Source: a virus
Taxonomy: Duplodnaviria > Caudoviricetes
DNA length: 46,401 nt
IMG/VR virus record: IMGVR_UViG_3300038492_000126
Span: 1-46,401 of that record
Strand: one strand, 5' to 3'
The position numbers and the translations under genes were made by a program. The stretch's first letter is position 1; each line of letters starts with the position of its first letter. Shown piece by piece: positions 1 to 7,712 of this stretch. The notes beneath the pieces are model-generated. The model had not been told where the DNA came from. It saw only the letters and a program-made list of their open reading frames with translations, and did no database searches.

Positions 1-157
1 CTGAGCACATGGATGAGGACTTCAAAGGTAAGACTCCTTCAAATGCTCGCCTCGCACTACAAATGTATGTGGCTGAGTGGGCATTGCTCGACGACTACAA
101 GAACCTCCACACGGAGCTATCTCTTAAGGTGCCGATAGGTAACGGTCGTTATATCTA
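1..157. repeat. Terminal direct repeat, copy 1 (circular assembly overlap)
   Basis: 1-157 equals 46221-46377 apart from one substitution (C73 vs T46293); lies inside a gene. Confidence 0.95.
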
Positions 158-722
158 CTGCAAGATCGATGCCATTAACGAAATGACGCACGGAGTAGAC
201 AAAGGGCTCATATTCCCTGATGATCACAAGACTAGCAGTAGGCAGATGTCATACTGGCATGATGAATGGGCGAAGCGTTTCCAGTTCAACGCCTATCTCC
301 ATGCTATGCACTGCTTCTATCCAGCCGAGAAGATTAAAGGACTCAGAGTCAACGGCGCCTTCTTCACTAAGACTCCGAAGTTCGCAAGGACTTGGGTGCA
401 TCGCACAGTTCAACAACTTCAAGAGTGGGTATTCGTTGCCAACGATTTGTTTGATCGATTGCTCGAAGACTTCCGCAGGTTGAGAGATACAAACCCACGT
501 GCTACGTTAATGGAGGCCTTCCCTCCTGATGATTCACGTTGCTTTGATTATTTCCAGCGCTGTCAATTCTATGAGGTCTGTAACCATACTCAGAATCCAG
601 CAGTCTTCTCCTCTCCTCCTTCTGGTTTCCAGGTTTCTTTCTGGGATCCTCGTGGGACTAGTATAAAGTGGGAGGCTGATGTTGAGTCTGGTAAGATCAG
701 GAAGGTGGTGGAAGATGAGTAG
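1..722 (+). CDS. PD-(D/E)XK RecB/Cas4-like exonuclease, 3' part (gene starts at 45896 across the contig junction; about 348 aa in total)
   Basis: KIDA...DHKT nuclease motif; C-terminal C-x6-C-x5-C cluster; in frame with ATG 45896. Confidence 0.85.
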   Translation, partial: EHMDEDFKGKTPSNARLALQMYVAEWALLDDYKNLHTELSLKVPIGNGRYIYCKIDAINEMTHGVDKGLIFPDDHKTSSRQMSYWHDEWAKRFQFNAYLHAMHCFYPAEKIKGLRVNGAFFTKTPKFARTWVHRTVQQLQEWVFVANDLFDRLLEDFRRLRDTNPRATLMEAFPPDDSRCFDYFQRCQFYEVCNHTQNPAVFSSPPSGFQVSFWDPRGTSIKWEADVESGKIRKVVEDE

Positions 723-2316
723 CGTTAATGACTACAGAAAGAGTGTAGGACTTCCTCCTATCGAAGAGACTTCAGAGGAGCAGGTATATAATATCCCTCC
801 CAATAAAGTCAAAGAGACTACTCGCATTGGTAAGGCAGAAGAACCTGCTCCCCTTAAGGGTAAGCAATTCAAGCAGGTAAAGAAGGTATCTGTTGACCCA
901 ACTTCAGGCCGCATCAAAATAACCTACGAAGATGTAGAAGTAGAACCAGAACCTGCTCTTAACATACAATCTCTACCTCCAGAAGAGCAAAAGAACTTCA
1001 TCGTTGATCCTAAGCTCGTAGACATTGAAGAGATTAAGGACGCAGGGCCAGGTGAAATTCTCCGCATGGAGAAAGAAGAGGAAGAACCAACTGACTTCGT
1101 CCTATCAGAAGATCAGCAAGCTTGCCTCGATGAGCTCTGGCAGTGGTGGATCAAAGCAAAGGAATGGGATGGCAATGGACCTGTCCCTACCAAGACGATG
1201 GGAGGATATGCAGGAACAGGTAAGACTACTATCCTCAAGGAGTTTCGCAAGATGGTAGGTGCTAAGGTAGATGTAGCCTTCGTAACTCTTACTGGCAAGG
1301 CAACTGCTGTGATGAAAGAGAAGATTGCGAAGACTCTCCCTCCACAATTGAGTGGTAAAAGTATCATATCTACCATGCACGCTTTTCTTTATAGCCCTGT
1401 CATCGATGAGAAGTCAGGTAAGGTTCTCAAGTGGAACTCTCGTCAGATGGTAAAGAAGGGAGACTTTCCTAACGAGTGGCAATCTCCATACGTTGACTTG
1501 TTTGTTAACGATGAGGCATCTATGACGAACAAAGTTCTCTATGATGAGCTACTCTCGAAGGGCAAGCCTGTTCTATTTGTAGGTGATCACGGTCAGCTAG
1601 GTCCTGTCATTAAGAAGGGAAGTAAAGGATTCAACCTCATGTCTGATCCTGAACTCCAACTCACTAAGATACACCGGCAAGCGGAAGATAATCCTATCCT
1701 ACAAGTAGCACACTTGGCAAGGGAAGGGAGACGACTACCGTTCAAGGACTGGTCTGATAAGGTTCGCAAGGTTAACAAGGCGTGGAAGAATCAGCATCGC
1801 ATCGATGAGTTGCTTGCTAACCCTAGCGCTGATACAGTTGTCTTGGCTGCTACCAATAACCAACGGGTAGGTATCAACAAGACTATACTAACAGAGCTTG
1901 GGTATAAGCATTCATGGGTGCAACCTGGCACACGTATCATATGCCTCAAGAACAATCGTGACCTAGGTATCTACAATGGCATGATTGGCACAGCTTTGGA
2001 GGTGCATCCTGCTTTCGAAGCCAACTCGCAACATAACGTTGGGGTGATCTTTCAACCTGATGGAGGCTCTCCAATAAGGCTAGACGTTTCCAAGTATTCA
2101 TTCCTTAATCCTAAGAACGAACTTCCTAAGGATGTTTACTGGAAAGCAGTAGCCAATAAATTCGACTACGCTTACTGTATTACTGGGCACAAATCACAGG
2201 GCTCTGAATGGAAGAACGTGATCGTGTTCGAAGTAGGTAATTGGTTAGAAGAGAAAGCGCGGTGGATGTATACAGCAATCACACGTGCAACAGAAGAACT
2301 TTATATTATAGGTTAG
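715..2316 (+). CDS. RecD/Dda-like SF1B DNA helicase
   Basis: GYAGTGKT (Walker A), DEASM, GDHGQL, YCITGHKSQGSEW, YTAITRA; ATG 715 overlaps the upstream stop region. Confidence 0.92.
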   Translation: MSSVNDYRKSVGLPPIEETSEEQVYNIPPNKVKETTRIGKAEEPAPLKGKQFKQVKKVSVDPTSGRIKITYEDVEVEPEPALNIQSLPPEEQKNFIVDPKLVDIEEIKDAGPGEILRMEKEEEEPTDFVLSEDQQACLDELWQWWIKAKEWDGNGPVPTKTMGGYAGTGKTTILKEFRKMVGAKVDVAFVTLTGKATAVMKEKIAKTLPPQLSGKSIISTMHAFLYSPVIDEKSGKVLKWNSRQMVKKGDFPNEWQSPYVDLFVNDEASMTNKVLYDELLSKGKPVLFVGDHGQLGPVIKKGSKGFNLMSDPELQLTKIHRQAEDNPILQVAHLAREGRRLPFKDWSDKVRKVNKAWKNQHRIDELLANPSADTVVLAATNNQRVGINKTILTELGYKHSWVQPGTRIICLKNNRDLGIYNGMIGTALEVHPAFEANSQHNVGVIFQPDGGSPIRLDVSKYSFLNPKNELPKDVYWKAVANKFDYAYCITGHKSQGSEWKNVIVFEVGNWLEEKARWMYTAITRATEELYIIG

Positions 2317-2334
2317 TAGTAGGAGTAACAAGTC

Positions 2335-2601
2335 ATGGGATATATAGAAGCGTTAATAGAATCAGACGCCTCCTTCATAGCGAATCACCTAGTCAATCTT
2401 GCTGTGTTAACTAGAGATGATACTGACTACGTGAACGTAGGAGAATATAAGCTTGTATATGCAACCGCTCAAGCTATTCAAATACAGTTAGCAACAGGCC
2501 ATCAATTCTGGGTAGCTAAAAGCCTAGCAAGAACAGCCGGGGCTAGGTATGATTTGTATATCCCTACATGGCTTGCGGATCAGGAAGGTCTCGATATATA
2601 G
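2335..2601 (+). CDS. Small hypothetical phage protein
   Basis: AGGAG RBS; WVAKS...IPTWLA...GL pattern resembles small phage proteins. Confidence 0.7.
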   Translation: MGYIEALIESDASFIANHLVNLAVLTRDDTDYVNVGEYKLVYATAQAIQIQLATGHQFWVAKSLARTAGARYDLYIPTWLADQEGLDI

Positions 2602-2607
2602 CATACC

Positions 2608-2622
2608 GTTGCACTGTGCAAC
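2608..2622. promoter_or_regulatory. Palindromic operator-like site GTTGCACTGTGCAAC
   Basis: Intergenic; core recurs at 8291, 24949, 41845. Confidence 0.65.
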
Positions 2623-2642
2623 ACAACACTGAAAGGAATGAT

Positions 2643-3671
2643 ATGAGTGTAATTAAACAACAACCAGCGCATGAACTAGAGCAGGCTCCAACGCTCCCTG
2701 ATTATGTGTATGCTCCCAACGCACTGGTCAATACCTTCTCCCTACTCCTCATGGGTAGATGGGGAACAGGTAAGACAGTGATGGCAGGTAGTAGTAACTA
2801 CCCTATCCTCTTCTACATGTTCGATCCGAAGAGCGCTATCGTTCTCCGTCGTCACTATCCAGAGCAATGGAAGAATGGTATGATCCAAGTCCTCCCCTTT
2901 TGGGATGAGCGCAAGGATCTCCCTACACAGTTCGCTCGGTTTGATTACTTCTTCAGCCGACACAAGCGTTCTGGTGTTCTCGATAACTACGGCACCATCG
3001 TGGTTGATTCGTTTACCACATTCAGCCGTGCAATCTATAACCACTGGCTGCTCTATAAGAATTGGGAGCGTCGCAAGAGGCAGGAGATTGCACGCAAAGG
3101 TGATCCAGAGAATCTCATTGCCATGTCTGAGTTTGCTATTGGCGACTATCAAGGATTCTACTCTGCTTGTCAGGATATTGTCTCCATGATCTCATCCACC
3201 GAAGCGAACTTTATTATGACAGGTCACCTCAAAGAGGTAGAGAATGAGAAGACGAAGATCATTAGCCAACGGCTGCAAACCTTCGGCCAACTCTCTACCA
3301 TCTTACCCGCAATGTTCAGTGAGAAGTGGGTGATACTGAAGAAGAAGATTGTGCAGCCACCATGGAACACATTCTCAATCCTTACCAAGGACTTCGGTCA
3401 GTATGAAGCATCTACACAGATCGGCGCAGGTATCTTCGAGAAGGATGAGAAGGCTGACCTCCGTTACCTACTCAAGAAGGCTGATATGCAATGGGAAGAT
3501 AAACCTTTCTTTGCTGTCCCTGAGTTGAGAGAAGGAACGCCGGAGCAAACTGAGTTCAATAAAACCTGGGAGGATCTCAACAAGGAGGATGCTAGGAAGT
3601 ATCCTATCATTAGTCCACAAGGACTCAATACTTGGATTGACGAGAAGATGAAGAGCGAGGCAAATCAATAA
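2643..3671 (+). CDS. Sak4-like / AAA_24 P-loop ATPase (single-strand annealing recombinase)
   Basis: GRWGTGKT Walker A, IVVDSFT Walker B, MTGH; GAAAGGA RBS before ATG 2643; context of exonuclease and SSB-like genes. Confidence 0.75.
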   Translation: MSVIKQQPAHELEQAPTLPDYVYAPNALVNTFSLLLMGRWGTGKTVMAGSSNYPILFYMFDPKSAIVLRRHYPEQWKNGMIQVLPFWDERKDLPTQFARFDYFFSRHKRSGVLDNYGTIVVDSFTTFSRAIYNHWLLYKNWERRKRQEIARKGDPENLIAMSEFAIGDYQGFYSACQDIVSMISSTEANFIMTGHLKEVENEKTKIISQRLQTFGQLSTILPAMFSEKWVILKKKIVQPPWNTFSILTKDFGQYEASTQIGAGIFEKDEKADLRYLLKKADMQWEDKPFFAVPELREGTPEQTEFNKTWEDLNKEDARKYPIISPQGLNTWIDEKMKSEANQ

Positions 3672-3988
3672 TGGAAATACGTCTTTGTTATCACGAGGGG
3701 ATAGAGATCCCATTCGCTAGGTTAATGATACCGACACTAGAAGAGATTGATCAGATCACAAAGAACCTACTCACTCCGAGAACTCCTGAAGGTTGGTTGA
3801 TGGAATACTACTCTACCTCTCGATTGAACAGGTCAGAGTATCATCATCCAGGTGGATATCTCCACGGTGAGTGGATACCAAAGACATCACTACCAATGTG
3901 GGATTACGATCTATCGCAAGTCCCTGAATTCTACGACCCAATAAGGTTCTTAATGGAAGGGCCTAAAGCTCATAAACAAAGGAGATAG
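3671..3988 (+). CDS. Hypothetical protein
   Basis: TAATG stop/start coupling; GAGG RBS. Confidence 0.65.
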   Translation: MEIRLCYHEGIEIPFARLMIPTLEEIDQITKNLLTPRTPEGWLMEYYSTSRLNRSEYHHPGGYLHGEWIPKTSLPMWDYDLSQVPEFYDPIRFLMEGPKAHKQRR

Positions 3989-3992
3989 TAGT

Positions 3993-4370
3993 ATGAAAGT
4001 ATTTAAAAGTAAAGAAGATATTGGCCAAGATATCGTTGATAAGGCCAATAAAAGTGCTCGTGAAGCTATTGAGCAGCAAGCAGCAAGACAAGCTCAAAAG
4101 CCTATTCAAGTAGGTAGTGAGATTCCTACAAAGGGAGATCATTTAAACCAAGCAATCGTTGGATTGGAAGCTTCCATAGCTCGCTTGTCCTTAGTGATTG
4201 AGAGGTTAGCAGGTCCTCATATTCAGGCCAAGCAGAGTGAAGCTGCCAAGAATCTAACTGGAGGAGCTCTCTCTGAACAGTTAGATCTTTCAACTCTTAG
4301 AGTTGATTCGGCTGCGAGTGATATCCATTCAATTGCATCTCACTTAGAAAGTGCCTTTCTAAATATCTAA
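3993..4370 (+). CDS. Hypothetical helical/coiled-coil protein
   Basis: AAGGAG RBS; operon packing. Confidence 0.7.
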   Translation: MKVFKSKEDIGQDIVDKANKSAREAIEQQAARQAQKPIQVGSEIPTKGDHLNQAIVGLEASIARLSLVIERLAGPHIQAKQSEAAKNLTGGALSEQLDLSTLRVDSAASDIHSIASHLESAFLNI

Positions 4371-4428
4371 CGCCTCAACCCAGACGATAGAGGCAAACAA
4401 ATAACGCTCACTAACAAAGGAGAAACAA

Positions 4429-4971
4429 ATGAGCGGATTACTAGGTAGTATTATTGCGAACACTCCCGATCGAGTGTTGATGGAAATTGGTTGGCAACAC
4501 CTGCAAATCGCTCGCGCCCGTTTGAAGGCGTCGAAAGGTGGAACGCAGGAAGATCCTAAGCCGAAGCGTCCGATCCTTGAGATCATGTATGTCCACGCAA
4601 GCGGCGGGAACTTCCAGCCGGTGAACCACTACCTCTCGATTCCGATTACGGAAGAGTTGGCGCAGCAGTGGGGACTGCCGATGGACGACGAGGACAAGCA
4701 GTTGATGTTCAACCAACAGATCAAGGACTGGGCACTTGCCAACGGCTTGAATCCTGAAATTCACGGTGAGATTCCAATCGAGGCATATGCTCCGGATATG
4801 GCTGATGATGTGCCAGTTCTGATCGAAGGTTGGAAAGGTCTTGAGACTGCTGGGCTCATCAAGCATGAAGCCTATGACGGTCGTAAGAACGCGAAGGTTA
4901 ATTCCTTCCGCTCTTTGGCCCTGGCTGAAGAGAAGGCGCCTGCACCAGCCACAGCTGCAACTGCTGGCTAG
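4429..4971 (+). CDS. Probable single-stranded DNA-binding protein (DUF669-like)
   Basis: Strong AAGGAG RBS; size; HEAYDGRKNAKV C-terminal strand pattern; downstream of Sak4-like gene. Confidence 0.5.
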   Translation: MSGLLGSIIANTPDRVLMEIGWQHLQIARARLKASKGGTQEDPKPKRPILEIMYVHASGGNFQPVNHYLSIPITEELAQQWGLPMDDEDKQLMFNQQIKDWALANGLNPEIHGEIPIEAYAPDMADDVPVLIEGWKGLETAGLIKHEAYDGRKNAKVNSFRSLALAEEKAPAPATAATAG

Positions 4972-5016
4972 TTAAGGTAACGGTCTACTAATCTACTTAG
5001 CAAGAGAGGTAGATCA

Positions 5017-5087
5017 AGGGAGCACTCGTAGTTGGTCTTGGGCTCACATAACCCAGATGAGGGGTTCAATTCCCCTCCTCCCTGCAA
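5017..5087 (+). pseudogene. Degenerate tRNA-Met-like element
   Basis: AGGGAG/CTCCCT acceptor pairing, T arm AGGGG-TTCAATT-CCCCT, anticodon arm TGGG-CTCACATAA-CCCA with 9-nt loop; D arm does not pair. Confidence 0.55.
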
Positions 5088-5113
5088 CTCACACGTAACA
5101 AGGAGCTTTTGAA

Positions 5114-5389
5114 ATGTCACACAAGAAGGACAAGGATAAGTATTTGCATTGCAAACTGCGTCCTGAAGTAGCTGAACTGTTAGAAGCTACTATAGGAGTA
5201 CGCCCCAATATCTTAGTTGATAAGACCGCACTTGTCAACGCTATCCTCTATGACCTATGTAAACAATTGGAAGGTAAGAGCCGGTCTGATCGTGGTAAGA
5301 TCTTGGCAGGTATCCTTGCTCGAACCATATCGATACAAGATTACCTAAGAAAAAATGAGGGATCAGAGAATGAGGAAGTCCAAGCCTGA
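5114..5389 (+). CDS. Small putative DNA-binding protein (ribbon-helix-helix-like)
   Basis: AAGGAG RBS; beta strand (YLHCKL) followed by two helices. Confidence 0.5.
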   Translation: MSHKKDKDKYLHCKLRPEVAELLEATIGVRPNILVDKTALVNAILYDLCKQLEGKSRSDRGKILAGILARTISIQDYLRKNEGSENEEVQA

Positions 5390-5657
5390 TGGTGGTTACA
5401 AACTAGAGAATATAGTAAGGAATTTTGGTTCTCTAGGTTTTACAGAGAATCTCAACTTACACCAAAGGATTAGGGATAAGAGAACTACCCCTGTTGAAAG
5501 GAAGGTAACTAGAAAGTCTTCTAACACTAAGAAATCTTCTACCAAGAAGACAAGATCCCCAAGGGTTAAGAAGGCTACTGCTGTAAAAGCTACTAAGAAG
5601 TTGAAGGATATGGGGATGACTAAAGAACAGATGTTAAAACTATTAGATTCCTTATAG
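5370..5657 (+). CDS. Small basic Lys/Thr/Ser-rich protein
   Basis: Highly basic central region; helical C-terminus; start at 5370 or 5355. Confidence 0.65.
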   Translation: MRKSKPDGGYKLENIVRNFGSLGFTENLNLHQRIRDKRTTPVERKVTRKSSNTKKSSTKKTRSPRVKKATAVKATKKLKDMGMTKEQMLKLLDSL

Positions 5658-5665
5658 GAGGAAAC

Positions 5666-6049
5666 ATGGTAGATATACTAGGCCCAAATGGAATGAAGGC
5701 TAGGAAGGGAGGCGTGCAGCCAATCGTCCAACCAAAACCTCACGGTATTAACTATGAGCAATTCATTGAAATGTTAGGACAATTGGACGTCCCTCAACCT
5801 CGCGTATTTCACAGACACCAACTCCACTTGCACATCCTCAATGATGCTGCATTCGAGGAAGCACTGCTTGCGATGCAGATGATACAGGCTGTTCTCCCTC
5901 TCCTAACCAAAGAGCAAGTTGATCAACTAAGAGAAAAAGGATTCGAATTCCATGTCAAAGAAGATAAACTATCAGACAGTGAAGCAGGCGATGATTCCTC
6001 TGAACAAGATAAACACGAGGGAGACGATACAGAACCGCCGATACTCTAA
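5666..6049 (+). CDS. Hypothetical protein
   Basis: AGGAGG RBS; acidic tail overlaps next gene by 98 nt. Confidence 0.7.
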   Translation: MVDILGPNGMKARKGGVQPIVQPKPHGINYEQFIEMLGQLDVPQPRVFHRHQLHLHILNDAAFEEALLAMQMIQAVLPLLTKEQVDQLREKGFEFHVKEDKLSDSEAGDDSSEQDKHEGDDTEPPIL

Positions 6050-7337
6050 GGAAGAGTGGGAGGAATTCAAAGCCTCGATCTTAAAGACAGGAGGTATCAT
6101 ATCTCCTATTGCTCTTGGAGAATACAATGAGCCCTTCAATGGTTATACTCATTACCTACTTGCAGGTCGTCACCGTTATCTAGCTACAAAAGAACTCGGC
6201 TTCCCAGAGATTCCTGCTCGATTATTCCTTGATGCAGAAGACTTCGGCGCAGATGAGATGATGGAGATTGAAGCCTGGGAGAACTTGCAACGCAAGGATC
6301 TTGCATGGAATGAGCAACTCAAATACTTAAAGGATCTCCACGAACGTTGGACTAAGGTAGAGATGTTGGCAGGTAATGAATGGAGCATGACTAAGTCTGC
6401 GGCCCGTCTCGGTGTCAACACGTCAACCGTATCACGTGATCTGGAGCTTGCTCACCTATTATCAGGAGACGACGAGATCACTCAGAAGATTGTGGAGAAA
6501 GCCGCAACCAAGAAGGATGCTCGTCGCTTACTCAAGACAGTTGAGAAGAAGATGGTAGCAGATCAGAAGCTCGAAGCCTTCAAGGAAGAGACAGAGGAAG
6601 AACATTCTACTCTCCCTCTCAAGCAAGTTATCGCATCGAAGTATAATGTAGGTGATGGACTTGAGTGGCTAGCTAAGAGAAAGAATGAGCGTTACGATCT
6701 TATCGAGTTCGATCCTGATTATCCTATTGATATCACGGAAGATAGCCTCACTCATAAGAAGGCTATCACTGACCAAGGGGAAGGTGATTATCATCGGCTC
6801 TCTCCTGAAGAGTATAAGGTATTCCTCACTAAGGTGTTTGCTGTAGCCTATAACAAACTCCAGGAGAATGGTTGGTTTATAGTTTGGTTTGGGTTTGAAT
6901 ACTTTCAATTCGTTCAAGATGCTGCAAAAGCAGTTGGCTTCCGTGTTGACTATAAACCTGGTATCTGGCTCAAGCTAGGCGGAGCTAACACGCAGAACCC
7001 AGAGAGTTTCTTAGGCCAACAGATCGAACCCTTCTTCTACTTCCGCAAAGGTACTCCTAAACTCAACAAGGCTCATAGCCAAGTGTTCATGCACAACAAG
7101 GATCATAGTAGTAAGAAGATCAACGCTTACCAAAAACCTGTAGCACTCTATCAAGACATACTCGAGACGTTCCTCACACCAGGTAGCAAGGTAGCCTCTC
7201 CCTGTTTAGGTAGTGGTAACATTCTATTGGCCGCAGCTAACCTACAAATGGGAGCTGAAGGGTGTGACATGTCCGAAGAGCAGCAGAAGCAGTTCACTGT
7301 TAAGTGTCTTGAAGGGGAGATTGGATTGTATAAATGA
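5952..7337 (+). CDS. ParB/Srx-like domain + HTH fused to N6/N4 DNA methyltransferase-like domain
   Basis: GIISPI...LLAGRHRYLA...ENLQRKDL (ParB), AARLGVNTSTVSRDL (HTH), DPDY, YQKP, SPCLGSG (beta-class MTase motifs). Confidence 0.85.
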   Translation: MSKKINYQTVKQAMIPLNKINTRETIQNRRYSKEEWEEFKASILKTGGIISPIALGEYNEPFNGYTHYLLAGRHRYLATKELGFPEIPARLFLDAEDFGADEMMEIEAWENLQRKDLAWNEQLKYLKDLHERWTKVEMLAGNEWSMTKSAARLGVNTSTVSRDLELAHLLSGDDEITQKIVEKAATKKDARRLLKTVEKKMVADQKLEAFKEETEEEHSTLPLKQVIASKYNVGDGLEWLAKRKNERYDLIEFDPDYPIDITEDSLTHKKAITDQGEGDYHRLSPEEYKVFLTKVFAVAYNKLQENGWFIVWFGFEYFQFVQDAAKAVGFRVDYKPGIWLKLGGANTQNPESFLGQQIEPFFYFRKGTPKLNKAHSQVFMHNKDHSSKKINAYQKPVALYQDILETFLTPGSKVASPCLGSGNILLAAANLQMGAEGCDMSEEQQKQFTVKCLEGEIGLYK

Positions 7338-7403
7338 AAATCGATTGGGGTAGTAACGAAAAGGTTAATACTTATTATTAACTGCAGAAGAGGCAGCTAA
7401 ATT

Positions 7404-7712
7404 ATGATAGTAGCAGTAGCTAAAACCTCAGGATCAATGTTTGAGTTTATCCAAACTAGAGAAGCTTCAATTGAGATAGATTACTTCACTCTAGCAAAAG
7501 AATTAGAGCAGAGACTACACTATCAAGTTTTCCTATTTCCAAACGGTCTCTGTCTTGACTTTGATATGATGTGGGAAGAAGCCTCCTGGTCAAGAGATTT
7601 TTGGAAAGAAGTTTATAGCAGAGTGTTTAACGAATATACACTAGGAATATTGTATGACTATTCAAACGACGAAGAACGTTTATCACTACTCGCTTCCATC
7701 TGTTATTCCTGA
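7404..7712 (+). CDS. Hypothetical protein
   Basis: ORF fills gap; GAGG upstream. Confidence 0.55.
   Translation: MIVAVAKTSGSMFEFIQTREASIEIDYFTLAKELEQRLHYQVFLFPNGLCLDFDMMWEEASWSRDFWKEVYSRVFNEYTLGILYDYSNDEERLSLLASICYS

Noticed and set aside
1-157. Biological direct terminal repeat of the virion DNA
   Set aside because: It falls mid-gene and ends in a library primer, so an assembly overlap is the better explanation
1-722. CRISPR-Cas system suggested by the Cas4-like nuclease
   Set aside because: No repeat-spacer array or other cas genes seen; the context is a recombination module
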